From a virus: 64,000 bases of DNA. Below are positions 10,401-19,271 of the stretch, piece by piece. A program made the translations under genes and the position numbers. The notes beneath the pieces were generated by a model that saw nothing but the letters and a program-made list of their open reading frames with translations, was not told where the DNA came from and searched no databases. The stretch's first letter is position 1, and each line of letters starts with the position of its first letter. The stretch spans positions 14,926-78,925 of IMG/VR virus record IMGVR_UViG_3300044832_000053; one strand, written 5' to 3'.

Positions 10401-10519
10401 GCGGACAGGTCGAACGAGGTGCCGAGCCGGAAGTACGCGCCGGGGCACTGCGGGTGGACCGAGGCCACGCCGCCGCCGAGCAGCTCGATGACGCCGCCGA
10501 GGACCAGGGAGTCAGTCAC
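7433..10519 (-). CDS. Large minor tail protein (distal-tail-like with carbohydrate-binding-like and Gly-rich inserts)
   Basis: Directly after tape measure; DASTFEAGIANW CBM-like segment; long GGGG-rich domain. Confidence 0.7.
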   Translation of the reverse strand: MTDSLVLGGVIELLGGGVASVHPQCPGAYFRLGTSFDLSAPQLTNEQVAGLLLDGEVVTGVRASNRTPTIPVVMYVPSTGNAQADRATLAGARELLLQTVSQDNWELTWTRDGAEPLIMDCMGLSTVVVHYSILTEEALFSLVDVTFQAFPYGRSDTQEVVQFNSPSQVWTAPPSTVLIDDHSVASSFLTGDASTFEAGIANWTGAGNATIARSTAQFHSGVASLSLTSVAAGNMQAASCGAAQVFDTLTGVPGLGMKCNAGDTVNLKAWFRAATVGRSCNIGADFYDINGTQIGSTLRGSNITDTTVGQTQATAAVTAPGGTAYARANPQVVSTAAGGEQHFTDDVTMDRGAVYSSNDSWSWSRAGTAAFGSFSAKWTRRWKDYPVYDHVLAAAVDITGRTKWGFWFGLGTSSNQWPVWHRGTVHFAITLYDAAGASLSFGVKRVCHASALENSPHWQYVSVHVPQMASGFDYTTVSRYVIKAWNLWNPKVNPDTGLSGQQVLQSGAYFNLVQAVPTTTGTPGPRGGWYFLPGVVGTARAPLAIQAAPGPSSFSTVADFITGGTQNWTAPAGLTKVDKAETWGGGAGGAGEGSGTGGGGGGGAGEYAMDLNIPVTALATYHPVVGAAGSGGSVGNGGNNAGDSTFAGDSGPTVRGHGGRGGWQSATWGGGKGGTGSSNYSHYDGGDGAQNNVNGNGNRGGGGGSSGGSASGGRDATDRSAATAVFDGGPGGEGGFTVSGSPHAGSQPSKGPGGGGGGGAKISGSNAGAAGRDGRVRLSYGATGLLPLQSLLIHSPPRDAPDLFNPLCPVGNGADTPNGATEYPIPDIGNLNARYDGTYTMYLVASTFSAPSSSRDLTVQIRQYPYTGGTAATLNVSRKGLTPTTDLTGTQTFVDMGPVTLPLADLPPGSVSAYFAATVTSTLTADRFLDLILIDTKGSLVLVNIGGATIYNNIWIDQPDATRDLGRILGSNADRDQAASILQYAERFSGGPLAVYPDSSNRLFAYSAQGAPGLTAFYPPQWWTERLA

Positions 10520-10523
10520 GGGT

Positions 10524-13500
10524 TCACCTGGCCGTGTACGCGGATCGGTAGGCTGCGCCCCGCGCGGCGCTGTTGAGTGCGTCGGCCATGGCCCCGCCCG
10601 TGCGGGCCGAGCTGGCTTCCACGGTCCTGATCAGCCGGTCCAGCTTCCGCTCGATGGCATCGGTGGACAGCAGCCCGCCGGGCCCCGGCTTGCTGACCGC
10701 GTCCGCGAGCGCGAGGAACGCATCGGACTGGCCAGGGTTTAGCACGGCCTCCCGGCGGCCGGTGCCGTTCATCATCCCGGGCTCCAGCCAGCCGCCCGTG
10801 TCGTACCAGTTGTGGGCCTGGTGGAACGCCCACGCCGAATTGGGGTCGTGGAAATTGTGGTTGAACCGGATGTACTCCATCATCCAGCGGAGCTGCGTGT
10901 ACGGGCTGGTCCGCCAGTCGGCCCCGGCACTGGCCATCTTGTTGCCGGGCAGGGCCTGGGGGATGCCATAGGCCCCGGACGACGGGTTGGAGATCAGCGG
11001 GTTCCAGCCGGATTCGGACATGACCAGGGAGTTGAACGCCGACCACTCGCCACCCCACCCGAACGAGGAGAGCAGCCTGCGGGCGAACTGCTGCACCGGG
11101 CCCTTGGCGGCTACTCCGCTGCCCGCCCCGAATCCTCCGGGCGGGGTGCCGGTCCACAGCAGGGGCAGTCCGTGCATGGCCATGACCTGGGGTCCCATGC
11201 CTCCGCCCTGGCTGATCACCGACGCGGCATTCCTGATGATCGCCACGTGCCCGGGGTCCGGGCCGCCGGGCGGGGAGTGGTAGAAGGCCAGCCCGCCAGC
11301 CTGCGGTGATCCCCGCTTCACCCACGCTCCCTGCTCCTCCGAGGTGCGCGGGGCGTCGATCCCGAAGTGCTTGTAGATGGCCTGGACAAAGCCTGAGCAG
11401 TCTGCCCCGCCCGGGACCGTCGTGCCGCCCCAGACGTACGGGACCCTGCCGATGAAGCGCTGGGCGTAGCTCACGATGTCAGCGCCGCTGCCGGAGACCC
11501 CGCCGAGCCCGATCAGGGTGCTTACCGCGTCCTTGATCAGCGTCTTGGGGATGTCAACCAGCAGGCTGGCCATGTCGGCCACCGCGCCGCCGGTCCCGCC
11601 GGGGATCAGGTCGGTGATCGCATTGGTCAGCGCCCTGGTGTTGCCGCTGAACACCGCAGCCATGATCCGGGCCGTGTCCGTGGCCGTGTGGACGATCCCG
11701 CCGATGATCGAGCCGATCCCGCCTCCCGGGCTGGCCTGGCCATGGGGCAGGTGAGGGTTGCCTGTCTGGCCGACATGCCCGCCCGCCTGCATGCCCGGGA
11801 TGCCCACGGCCTTGGCCCAGGCCCGGAACCCGGGGTCGCGGCTGCCCTCCTTGTGCACCACTGTCTCGCCGGACTCCAGCATGGCCAGGTGCTGGTCGCC
11901 GCCGCCGTACCCGGGCAGGTGCCCGCCCTTGGCCAGCCCGAATGGGTGAATTGGCTTGATGTTCGGGCCGCCGACTTTGCCGGAGATCCAGTCGAAAGCG
12001 CTGATCAGCCCGTTGACCACGTGGTCGATGACCCAGGCAACCGGGACACGGACAGCATCCTTGATGGCGCTCCATGCCCGGCCGATGCCCCGCACGGCTG
12101 AGTCGAAGATCCCGGGAATGGTGACCGTGAACAGGTCTTTTACATCATTGCCCCAGGTCTTGAGGTCCCCCCACAGGGTGTTGAACCCGCTCTTGATGGG
12201 GTTCCACAGCCTGCGGTTGGTGAACCCGATGAAGCTGTCCCACAGGCCGGGAAGGGTGTGCGTGAAGAAGTTGAGGATCTTGGCCCCGAAGTCGGTCCAC
12301 AGCCAGGTCCAGAAGTCCCTCCCGATCTGGGTCATGGTATTCCAGGCGGCCCGCCAGTGGTCCCGCACGAATGCCACGGCCATGCGGATCAGGGTCAGCC
12401 CCGGGACCAGGTACTGGCCCCAGCCGTGGGTAAGGAACTCCCAGGCGTCCTTGGCCCAGTTCCTGACGTCGTTCCAGACCTGCTTCCAGTGCGTGGACAG
12501 GTAGATGATCGCGGCCACCAGCAGGGCGATCCCGGCGATGATGCCCAGGGTGGCCGCGTTCTCCGCGATGAACGCGGCCGTGGCCGCAGCCGCGTTGGCG
12601 ATCCAGGCGGTGGTCTGCGCCCAGATCGAGGCGATGGTGGTCCCGATGGCCACCATCACCTTGCGGATGTTGCCCCCGATGGTGCCCATGACCCCGCTGG
12701 CGGCGTCCTCGGCCTTGGCGCTGTCCAGGAACCCGCCCGCCAGCATGCCCAGCCCGCCGACCGTCGAGGCGATGGCCCCGCCGAACGTGCCCATGATCCC
12801 GGTGGCCTTGGAGGCAGCCGCATCGCTGTCACGGATGCCCTTGGACAGGTTGGAGATCCCGGTCGCCGCGTCCTTCCCGGTGCTGATCAGCGGGGACATC
12901 TTGGAAACCAGGCCGCCAAGTGCCAGCCCGTACAGCAGCAGCCTGGTGACGTCGGAGTTCTTGGAGATGGACAGCAGCACCGGGGAGATCTGGAGCAGGA
13001 GCTGGAGCAGCGCCTTGGAGTTTCCGACCCCCGACAGCCCGGTCAGTGACTTGCCCAGGTTGATGACCACCTCACCGAGCTGGGTGATCAGCTTGACCGC
13101 CAGTGGGGTCTCGGTCTTGAACATGGTCATCAGCGACTGGAATCCGGTATGGCTCTGGAGGGTCTGACCCCAGGTGGCGAACTTGGCCGTGGCCCCGTCC
13201 AGCCAGGCCAGCATCTTGAGGCCCTCGGGCAGGAAGGCATGGAGCACCCCGACAAACCCCTCGAACAGGTGCCCGACGATGCCCATGATCGATGCCAGGG
13301 CCGGTCCGCTGGCCCTGGCGAAATCGCCCATCTCCTTGGAGAAGACGGTGCCCGGGGCGATGCCGTCCTTGAGATGCCCGATCACCATGCCCAGGGCCTT
13401 CTCTACCGGGCCGAGGAACGGCTGCATCAGCTTGAGGATTTCCGGCAGCAGCCCCAGGCCCTTGGATAGCACGGTGGCCACCCCGGGGGTGTTCAGCGAG

Positions 13501-14345
13501 ATGAAATGCTTCCATTCCGCGTCGGCCGCCTTGAGCGCGGTCAGCATCCCCATCTGCGCGGTGGTCAGGTGAGCCGTGGACGCGGCCAGCGCGGCCTGGG
13601 CGGATGCGGCCTGGGCAGGCGTGGAGGCATTGGACAGCGCGGTCTGGGCAGCCGTCTGCTTGGCCATGGCGGCGGTCACGGGGCTGATCGCGCCCTTGGC
13701 CACCGCTCCGAAGACACCCAGGCCCATCAGCCCGGCGGAACCTGCTGCGGCCAGGCCGCCGCCCGCCACAAGCCCTCCCGCCAGCAGCGGTTCCCCGAGC
13801 CCGGTGGCCAGGTTCAGTGCCGCGAGCGCGCCAGCCGGGGTCTTGCTGATGGCCCCGATGCCGAGCGCGGACCCGGCCCCGCCGACCAGCCCCCTGGCCG
13901 CGTTGCCGAAGAACGATCCTGAGGGGCTATTCCCGCCCGCTGAGGCGGACTGCCTGGCGATGGAGCTGGACGTGGAGTTGCCGACCAGCGCGCCCAGGAC
14001 CCCGCCGCTGGAGTTCCCGCCGCCCACGAGCTGCGCAGCCGCAGAATCGCCCAGGAGCGATCCGATGATGCCGTACCTGCTGGACCGTGCCGACGCGGCT
14101 GCTGAGCCGCCTCCGGCCGCCCCGGGACCGCCGCCGGTCACATTGGCGCGGATGGTCATCGTGCGGTCGCGGGTGATCTTCGCTATCTGCGCCTCGATCT
14201 GCGAGGCGTTGCCCAGCTTCGCCGTGAAGGTGACCGAGCGGGGCTTCTCGAAATCGTGGACGCGGCGCTCGGCCGTGGTCATGTCCCGGTCGAACTGCTG
14301 GAGGCTGACACGGAGCTGGGCCTCTATCGCACCGGCATCAAAGAT
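10524..14345 (-). CDS. Tape measure protein with C-terminal NlpC/P60 and lytic transglycosylase domains
   Basis: Helical Ala/Gly-rich body with W/F-spaced repeats; PYVWGG..DCSGFV..GH (NlpC/P60); SESGWNP..GAYGIPQALP (SLT). Frame is open to ATC at 14345 (IFDAGAIEA); first ATG is 14282. Confidence 0.9.
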   Translation of the reverse strand: MFDAGAIEAQLRVSLQQFDRDMTTAERRVHDFEKPRSVTFTAKLGNASQIEAQIAKITRDRTMTIRANVTGGGPGAAGGGSAAASARSSRYGIIGSLLGDSAAAQLVGGGNSSGGVLGALVGNSTSSSIARQSASAGGNSPSGSFFGNAARGLVGGAGSALGIGAISKTPAGALAALNLATGLGEPLLAGGLVAGGGLAAAGSAGLMGLGVFGAVAKGAISPVTAAMAKQTAAQTALSNASTPAQAASAQAALAASTAHLTTAQMGMLTALKAADAEWKHFISLNTPGVATVLSKGLGLLPEILKLMQPFLGPVEKALGMVIGHLKDGIAPGTVFSKEMGDFARASGPALASIMGIVGHLFEGFVGVLHAFLPEGLKMLAWLDGATAKFATWGQTLQSHTGFQSLMTMFKTETPLAVKLITQLGEVVINLGKSLTGLSGVGNSKALLQLLLQISPVLLSISKNSDVTRLLLYGLALGGLVSKMSPLISTGKDAATGISNLSKGIRDSDAAASKATGIMGTFGGAIASTVGGLGMLAGGFLDSAKAEDAASGVMGTIGGNIRKVMVAIGTTIASIWAQTTAWIANAAAATAAFIAENAATLGIIAGIALLVAAIIYLSTHWKQVWNDVRNWAKDAWEFLTHGWGQYLVPGLTLIRMAVAFVRDHWRAAWNTMTQIGRDFWTWLWTDFGAKILNFFTHTLPGLWDSFIGFTNRRLWNPIKSGFNTLWGDLKTWGNDVKDLFTVTIPGIFDSAVRGIGRAWSAIKDAVRVPVAWVIDHVVNGLISAFDWISGKVGGPNIKPIHPFGLAKGGHLPGYGGGDQHLAMLESGETVVHKEGSRDPGFRAWAKAVGIPGMQAGGHVGQTGNPHLPHGQASPGGGIGSIIGGIVHTATDTARIMAAVFSGNTRALTNAITDLIPGGTGGAVADMASLLVDIPKTLIKDAVSTLIGLGGVSGSGADIVSYAQRFIGRVPYVWGGTTVPGGADCSGFVQAIYKHFGIDAPRTSEEQGAWVKRGSPQAGGLAFYHSPPGGPDPGHVAIIRNAASVISQGGGMGPQVMAMHGLPLLWTGTPPGGFGAGSGVAAKGPVQQFARRLLSSFGWGGEWSAFNSLVMSESGWNPLISNPSSGAYGIPQALPGNKMASAGADWRTSPYTQLRWMMEYIRFNHNFHDPNSAWAFHQAHNWYDTGGWLEPGMMNGTGRREAVLNPGQSDAFLALADAVSKPGPGGLLSTDAIERKLDRLIRTVEASSARTGGAMADALNSAARGAAYRSAYTAR

Positions 14346-14351
14346 GGCCCA

Positions 14352-14681
14352 TCACCTCCCGCTGTCCCGCTTCCGGCGCTGGGCTTCCAGCTCCTCCCGC
14401 ATGGCCGTCAGGTCGATCACGCCCACCCCGGCATCGACGCCCTCGCGAACCGCCGGGCCTTCCAGGCCCATTTCGCCGGGCTCGGGCCCGGCTTCCCGGA
14501 ACTCGAAGATCCCCTCGGCCTCCAGGCCCTCCAGGTATGCCTTCTGCACGTACCAGGGCTCGGCGTCCCACTGTCCCGGCGACATCCCGAAGTAGCGCCG
14601 GGCGATGTAGATGATTACCCGGCGGCTGCGCCTGGCAGGCGAATTACCTGCGCGGTCCCAGCGCCGGGCCCGGCTTCCGGG
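14352..14681 (-). CDS. Tail assembly chaperone, -1 frameshift extension (G-T type)
   Basis: Overlaps chaperone in -1 frame, lies immediately before tape measure, contains GMSPGQWDAEPW. Confidence 0.65.
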   Translation of the reverse strand, partial: PGSRARRWDRAGNSPARRSRRVIIYIARRYFGMSPGQWDAEPWYVQKAYLEGLEAEGIFEFREAGPEPGEMGLEGPAVREGVDAGVGVIDLTAMREELEAQRRKRDSGR

Positions 14682-15052
14682 TTGAGTACCTCCTTGGAGA
14701 TCCACTGGAAGAAACGGTTGCGGATGCGCTGCGGGAGCAGGCGGATCTCATCAGCCGTCGGTTTCCCCGAGCACAGCAGGGCATAGACGTCAGCCATCTG
14801 GTCCATCTGGGCCCGGATCTTGGCCGGGTCCAGCGAGTCGAGCGCCTCCAGGAACTTCTCCGGCCCTTCATCCCCCGTCATGCCCGGCATGTCGGTGGAC
14901 GCCTGGACCTCCTTCATCAGGGACTGCATCGCCCCGGTGAATGCCTCGATCTGGTCGTCGGTGGGCTCGGGAATGGTGCCGTGCGAGGCAACGTGCGGCT
15001 CGAACGTGTAGTCGAGCGGGTCTACGACAGTTGCGGCATCGAAGCCAGCCAT
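14615..15052 (-). CDS. Tail assembly chaperone
   Basis: Acidic 145-aa protein between major tail and tape measure genes. Confidence 0.75.
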   Translation of the reverse strand: MAGFDAATVVDPLDYTFEPHVASHGTIPEPTDDQIEAFTGAMQSLMKEVQASTDMPGMTGDEGPEKFLEALDSLDPAKIRAQMDQMADVYALLCSGKPTADEIRLLPQRIRNRFFQWISKEVLNPEAGPGAGTAQVIRLPGAAAG

Positions 15053-15064
15053 GTGACCTCCTGG

Positions 15065-15673
15065 TCAGCTCGTGGCGATAGCGGTCAGGTCCGTCCAGGT
15101 GATCTGGTTGTACGGGCAGACCGCGTTGAGGGTCAGGGGATAGATCCGCTGGCTGGCCGCGCGGCGGTAATCCGTCTGCACCTGGCCAGCCGAGACGAGC
15201 TGCGGGATGAACAGCACCCGGGCGAAGCCGAGCTGGTTCTTCCCGATGACCACCGCCGCCACCTGGGCGAAGTTGGTGGACAGGGTCAGCACGGACTTGC
15301 CGGGCTGGCCAGCGCCGGGCGCGGTGACCGCGACGGTGCCCGCGTTGCCCCAGGCCAGGTTGACGTTGGTCAGCGTCTCCTCGGACAGGTTCGAGGTGAC
15401 GGTGAGATCGGCCGTCTGCACGGCCACGCCGACAGGGGTGGGCTGCTCCTCGATCATGATGTTGGTGGTGTGCGGGTTGAACGTCACCCGCACGCCGTCG
15501 GTGGTCGCCCCGATGTAGCCCCAGCCCAGGCCGGTCCAGGCCGAGGCCACGCCCAGGTTCTGGTCCGAGGGCATGGCGGTGCCCACGATGGCGGTGAACA
15601 GGATGCCCGTGCCGTACAGGACGTTGTTGACGTTGTAAGCGGGCGGTGTGTAGACGAGCGGGGGTCCTGCCAT
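15065..15673 (-). CDS. Major tail (tube) protein
   Basis: WGYIGATTDGV...LSEETLTN motifs and position. Confidence 0.8.
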   Translation of the reverse strand: MAGPPLVYTPPAYNVNNVLYGTGILFTAIVGTAMPSDQNLGVASAWTGLGWGYIGATTDGVRVTFNPHTTNIMIEEQPTPVGVAVQTADLTVTSNLSEETLTNVNLAWGNAGTVAVTAPGAGQPGKSVLTLSTNFAQVAAVVIGKNQLGFARVLFIPQLVSAGQVQTDYRRAASQRIYPLTLNAVCPYNQITWTDLTAIATS

Positions 15674-15677
15674 GGGT

Positions 15678-16001
15678 TCAGCCCTCCTGGATCAGTTCGA
15701 CGCCCGCGTCCGCAGCCGCCTGGCTGAGAGCGGCCTGGTGATGCACGGGCACGTCGGAGAACTCGCTGGTGATGGTCACCCCGCCGTAGCTCATGGATGA
15801 GTGCGGCCCGCCTACCCTGAGCCGGACAGTCTTGCCACCCCCGGCTGCCGCCTTGAGCTGCGCGGCAGCCAGCTCCCGGTTGAGCCGCTCTACCTCGGCC
15901 AGCGGGTCCCCGGCGGCCTTGGCCGCTGCTGCCTCGTCCTTGATTGCCGCCTCGTCCCTGACCACCGGGTCAGGAGCTGGGGCCTTGTCTGCTGCTGCCA
16001 T
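15678..16001 (-). CDS. Hypothetical virion-module protein
   Basis: ORF with SD AAGGAG in structural operon. Confidence 0.55.
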   Translation of the reverse strand: MAAADKAPAPDPVVRDEAAIKDEAAAAKAAGDPLAEVERLNRELAAAQLKAAAGGGKTVRLRVGGPHSSMSYGGVTITSEFSDVPVHHQAALSQAAADAGVELIQEG

Positions 16002-16011
16002 GCCTGGCTCC

Positions 16012-16473
16012 TTATGGGGTCACGGGGACGAGTTGCATGAGGCGCACCGCGAGGGTGCCTGTTGCGGAGAAGTCGATGCAGGTCAGGCCCACACCGGCGG
16101 CCCCGATCACACCGCCGGGGGAAGCAGTGTGGATAGCCGCGTCCTGCTGGTTGTACGCCGCCGGGGACCAGGGACCCAGCCAGCCGTACCCGGTGGTGTT
16201 CAGCACTACCTGGACGGTGCTCCACAGCACGGGCTGCCCGGCAGCCTTGTCACCTACCAGGTAGCTGGCTGTGCAGGCGGTCGCGCCGTTGTAGTACCAG
16301 AGCCACAGCAGGCCGTTGTTGGAGAACTGGACACCTGTGGCCGCGCCCGCCCAGGCCGTGGCGAAGGTGGTGCCCACGGCTGCGGCGTCGATGCCGGTGG
16401 CAGGCGCGGTAGGGAATGTCCCGCCGACCACTGAGTTGAGGGTGACCGGCTGGATGATGGTCCGAGCAGCCAT
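16012..16473 (-). CDS. Putative tail-associated structural protein
   Basis: Beta-rich Ala/Thr/Gly protein between terminator and major tail. Confidence 0.55.
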   Translation of the reverse strand: MAARTIIQPVTLNSVVGGTFPTAPATGIDAAAVGTTFATAWAGAATGVQFSNNGLLWLWYYNGATACTASYLVGDKAAGQPVLWSTVQVVLNTTGYGWLGPWSPAAYNQQDAAIHTASPGGVIGAAGVGLTCIDFSATGTLAVRLMQLVPVTP

Positions 16474-16477
16474 GGGT

Positions 16478-16903
16478 TCAGACTCCCGTCGTCATGGTGT
16501 AGTCGCACGTGTACTCCCAGCGCAGGGCATCATCGGGCCCCGAGCCGAGAGGGGACGGGCCGCTGCCGAACCGGCTGATCAGGACGATCTTCACGCCGTC
16601 AACCAGGGCCGGGTACAGCGCGCTGTAGATGAGGAAATCGAGCTTCTCGGCGGCCAGCTCGGCGGAGAACTGGTCGTTCTGGCCGCCCCGGACGCGGGCC
16701 TGGAAGTTGCTGGCGTCTGCGGCTCCGTCCAGCACGTATCCAGGCCCGCCGGCCCCGGTGATGAACACGGCCTTGTCGGGGCTGCGCTCGATGAACGGGC
16801 CTGGGAACAGCGGGAAACCCAGTTCCTGCCGGTCATCCCAGCCCTGCCCGGCGATGAAGTCCATGATCACCTGGGTCTGCGCTACCAGTGGCATGCTCAT
16901 CAC
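16478..16903 (-). CDS. Tail terminator-like protein
   Basis: PDKAVFIT.AGGPG, FQARVRG motifs; position. Confidence 0.7.
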   Translation of the reverse strand: MMSMPLVAQTQVIMDFIAGQGWDDRQELGFPLFPGPFIERSPDKAVFITGAGGPGYVLDGAADASNFQARVRGGQNDQFSAELAAEKLDFLIYSALYPALVDGVKIVLISRFGSGPSPLGSGPDDALRWEYTCDYTMTTGV

Positions 16904-17406
16904 GGCCTCCGGGGAGGCGGCTTGGTGTTATGCATGACGTGCCACCAGATCCAGCCCAGGAGCTGCGGGGGCATGGGCCGCAGCCGGGACTTGGCCGCCA
17001 GCTCGGCCTCGGTCAGGCGGCGCACGTGAGGCTCGCGGTCAAAGATGACCCGCTCGCCCAGCCGCACGCTCGGGTGCCCGCTTTTGCGCAGGTCCCCGAA
17101 CTCCACCGGGGCGTGGGTGGCGACCCCCCCGTTCCCGGCCAGGTCTTCCACGGCGTGGATCATCTCGCCCTGCCCGCCGTCGTCTAGGGCGGTGCGGGCG
17201 ATGTGGGCCAGGTAGCTGCGGAAATTGTGCAGCAGCGGGGCGGTGAGGTACTTGGCCTGGCCGCCCCGGGGGTGATGCAGGTCCAGGCCCTCGTGCTGGT
17301 AGTGCGCGTAGACCTGGTCCACGATCACGCTGCCCACCAGCCAGCCGCTGGCGCTGCCGGTCTTACGGCGCAGCTCCTCCATCCGCCGCTCGAAGATCCC
17401 GCTCAT
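16900..17406 (-). CDS. Neck/tail completion protein (HK97 gp10-like, apparently permuted)
   Basis: YAHYQHE...GQAKYL and APVEFGDLRKSG motifs. Confidence 0.6.
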   Translation of the reverse strand: MSGIFERRMEELRRKTGSASGWLVGSVIVDQVYAHYQHEGLDLHHPRGGQAKYLTAPLLHNFRSYLAHIARTALDDGGQGEMIHAVEDLAGNGGVATHAPVEFGDLRKSGHPSVRLGERVIFDREPHVRRLTEAELAAKSRLRPMPPQLLGWIWWHVMHNTKPPPRRP

Positions 17407-17915
17407 GCGAAGTCCGGCCCGAGCCCGGAGATCAGGCTCTGGTTCTCGCCAGCCACCTCGCGCCGCCCGGTGAACGGGTCGTAGAAGGTGTTCGAGTCGT
17501 CGTCGGAGAACACGCCCGGGATGCGGTTGATGACCCGCCCGGATTCCAGCACCGCTCCGCCAGTTTGCGGGTCCAGGCGCACCTTGCCGTCGCGGACGTC
17601 GTTGAGCACCTTCATGGCGTCCATGTACGCCAGCCGCACCGGGTCATCAGCGCCCAGCGGCTTGCCCTTGAGGTAGGTCAGCGTGGCGTAGTAGCAGGCC
17701 AGGGACAGGGCCAGGTCCGACACCAGCGGAGGGACCGGGATGGTGAGATCAGCCGAGTCGTAGACCGTGCCCGCATAGGCGGACACCATGTCGCTGCCCC
17801 GCACCGTGGCCTGGACGAGCTGGGCATCGCTGAGCTGGGCGGCCGTGCCCGTGCCCGCATCCGTCCCGCCCAGGGCGTTGCGGATGTCTGCTGGCAGGCA
17901 GTAGGGCGCGACCAT
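17403..17915 (-). CDS. Head-tail adaptor (Mu gp36/DUF1320-like)
   Basis: PYC..ADI, VPPLVSDLALSLACYY, YMDAMKVLNDVRDGKVRL. Confidence 0.75.
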   Translation of the reverse strand: MVAPYCLPADIRNALGGTDAGTGTAAQLSDAQLVQATVRGSDMVSAYAGTVYDSADLTIPVPPLVSDLALSLACYYATLTYLKGKPLGADDPVRLAYMDAMKVLNDVRDGKVRLDPQTGGAVLESGRVINRIPGVFSDDDSNTFYDPFTGRREVAGENQSLISGLGPDFA

Positions 17916-18196
17916 CAGTTGCTGAGCCCGTCCCTTCCGACCACATCAGCCGCCGTGGCGGCCCGCAGGTTAGCCGTGCCGATCGCGTTCTCCAGCGCCG
18001 AGCCGACCGCGACGTCCAGCAGCGAGCCCTTCTTCCAGAGCGCGCCGGGGACCGTGTAGTTGGTGCCGGTCACGCCAGCCGCGCCGACCACGGTGGTGGT
18101 GGTCTTCCCCCCGTTGCCGACACCGGACGTGGTGTCCTGGACGACCGTCCCCGACGGGGGAATCGTGACGTCGCTGGTGACCACCCGCAGGGTCAT
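17915..18196 (-). CDS. Small virion-module protein (paralog of 20707-20934)
   Basis: ATG at 18196 after GAGGAG; KKGSLLDV..AIGTANLR. Confidence 0.6.
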   Translation of the reverse strand: MTLRVVTSDVTIPPSGTVVQDTTSGVGNGGKTTTTVVGAAGVTGTNYTVPGALWKKGSLLDVAVGSALENAIGTANLRAATAADVVGRDGLSN

Positions 18197-18206
18197 GGCG
18201 CTCTCC

Positions 18207-18380
18207 TCAGTTGCTGACCGACGCGCCGGACAGGCCGGGCATGCCCCCGACAGAATGGACGGTCTCGGTGACCGGGGTGGTTTCCTCATCGCCCATGCGG
18301 ATGCTGTCCGTGCCCTCATCCGGGACTGCTGCCCCGTCCCCGGCCGGGGCCGCGTCCTTGCTGGCTGGCTTGGTGGCCAT
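18207..18380 (-). CDS. Small hypothetical protein (57 aa, below track cutoff)
   Basis: MATKPASKDAAP... fills gap between genes. Confidence 0.45.
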   Translation of the reverse strand: MATKPASKDAAPAGDGAAVPDEGTDSIRMGDEETTPVTETVHSVGGMPGLSGASVSN

Positions 18381-18383
18381 GGG

Positions 18384-18827
18384 TCATCCCCCTGTCAGGT
18401 TGGGCGAGAGCGGGTACTGGGCCTGGACCTGCTCAGTCCCGTACCCGGCGGCCACCGTGGCCCCGTAGGTCAGGGCGAAGGCGAGCTGGCCGAACGTGGC
18501 CCCGGTGAGGTGGGCCTTGAGCGCGGCGGAGACCGGGATGTTGGTGCCGGTCGCGCCCGCGCCGACGGTCAGGATCTCCGCCAGGGCCCCGGTGTCGTAC
18601 AGCACCTGCATGCCAGCCGTGAAGCTTGCGCCGCCCGCTGCCACCGTGATCGCGGTGCCGCCGAGTGCCAGCAGCGCGGTCGCCGCGCCAGTGGGTGCCT
18701 GGGTGGCGAGTGTCGAGCTGAACGAGCAGCCCGAGCACTGCCCCAGGGTGCCGGTGAGGTTGACGAACATCCTGGTCACCCGGCAGCGCGGGCATACCAG
18801 GTTCAGGCTGACCGGGATGAACACCAT
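18384..18827 (-). CDS. Zn-ribbon-containing structural-module protein
   Basis: CPRC...CSGC followed by beta-rich domain. Confidence 0.55.
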   Translation of the reverse strand: MVFIPVSLNLVCPRCRVTRMFVNLTGTLGQCSGCSFSSTLATQAPTGAATALLALGGTAITVAAGGASFTAGMQVLYDTGALAEILTVGAGATGTNIPVSAALKAHLTGATFGQLAFALTYGATVAAGYGTEQVQAQYPLSPNLTGG

Positions 18828-18830
18828 GGC

Positions 18831-19268
18831 CTACCTCCGGCGGGTCGCGGGACCGCGCGTGGGCGGGATGTCGATCGCGTCTGACAGCTCACTGCGCGGA
18901 TGCGGGTCATTGGCCTCCGGCGCGCGGTTGGCGCGGGCACCCTGGAGTGCGCCCACCCGCTCCAGGATCTCCGGCTGGGACACGATCAGCTCCGAACTGC
19001 CATCCGGGTCCGGCCGTGCCGGGACCCCGCCCACAGCGAAGGTCTCGGCCCGGGGCCGGTCGTTGTAGAGCATCCGGCCGGTCAGCCTGGGCATGGGCTC
19101 GCCCGCCTGGGCAGCCTTCCGCAGCACAGGGACACGGTGGCGGCGGTTGATCGCCTCGGCGTCCGCGTCGGGATACTCGAACGTCTCGCCCGCGAAGACC
19201 AGGTCGGTCTGCTTGTCCGGCCCCTTCTGCGGGATCGAGATGTTGTTCATCGCCTGCCACTTGCTCAC
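18831..19268 (-). CDS. Hypothetical protein downstream of major capsid
   Basis: ORF directly following capsid gene. Confidence 0.55.
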   Translation of the reverse strand: MSKWQAMNNISIPQKGPDKQTDLVFAGETFEYPDADAEAINRRHRVPVLRKAAQAGEPMPRLTGRMLYNDRPRAETFAVGGVPARPDPDGSSELIVSQPEILERVGALQGARANRAPEANDPHPRSELSDAIDIPPTRGPATRRR

Positions 19269-19271
19269 GGC

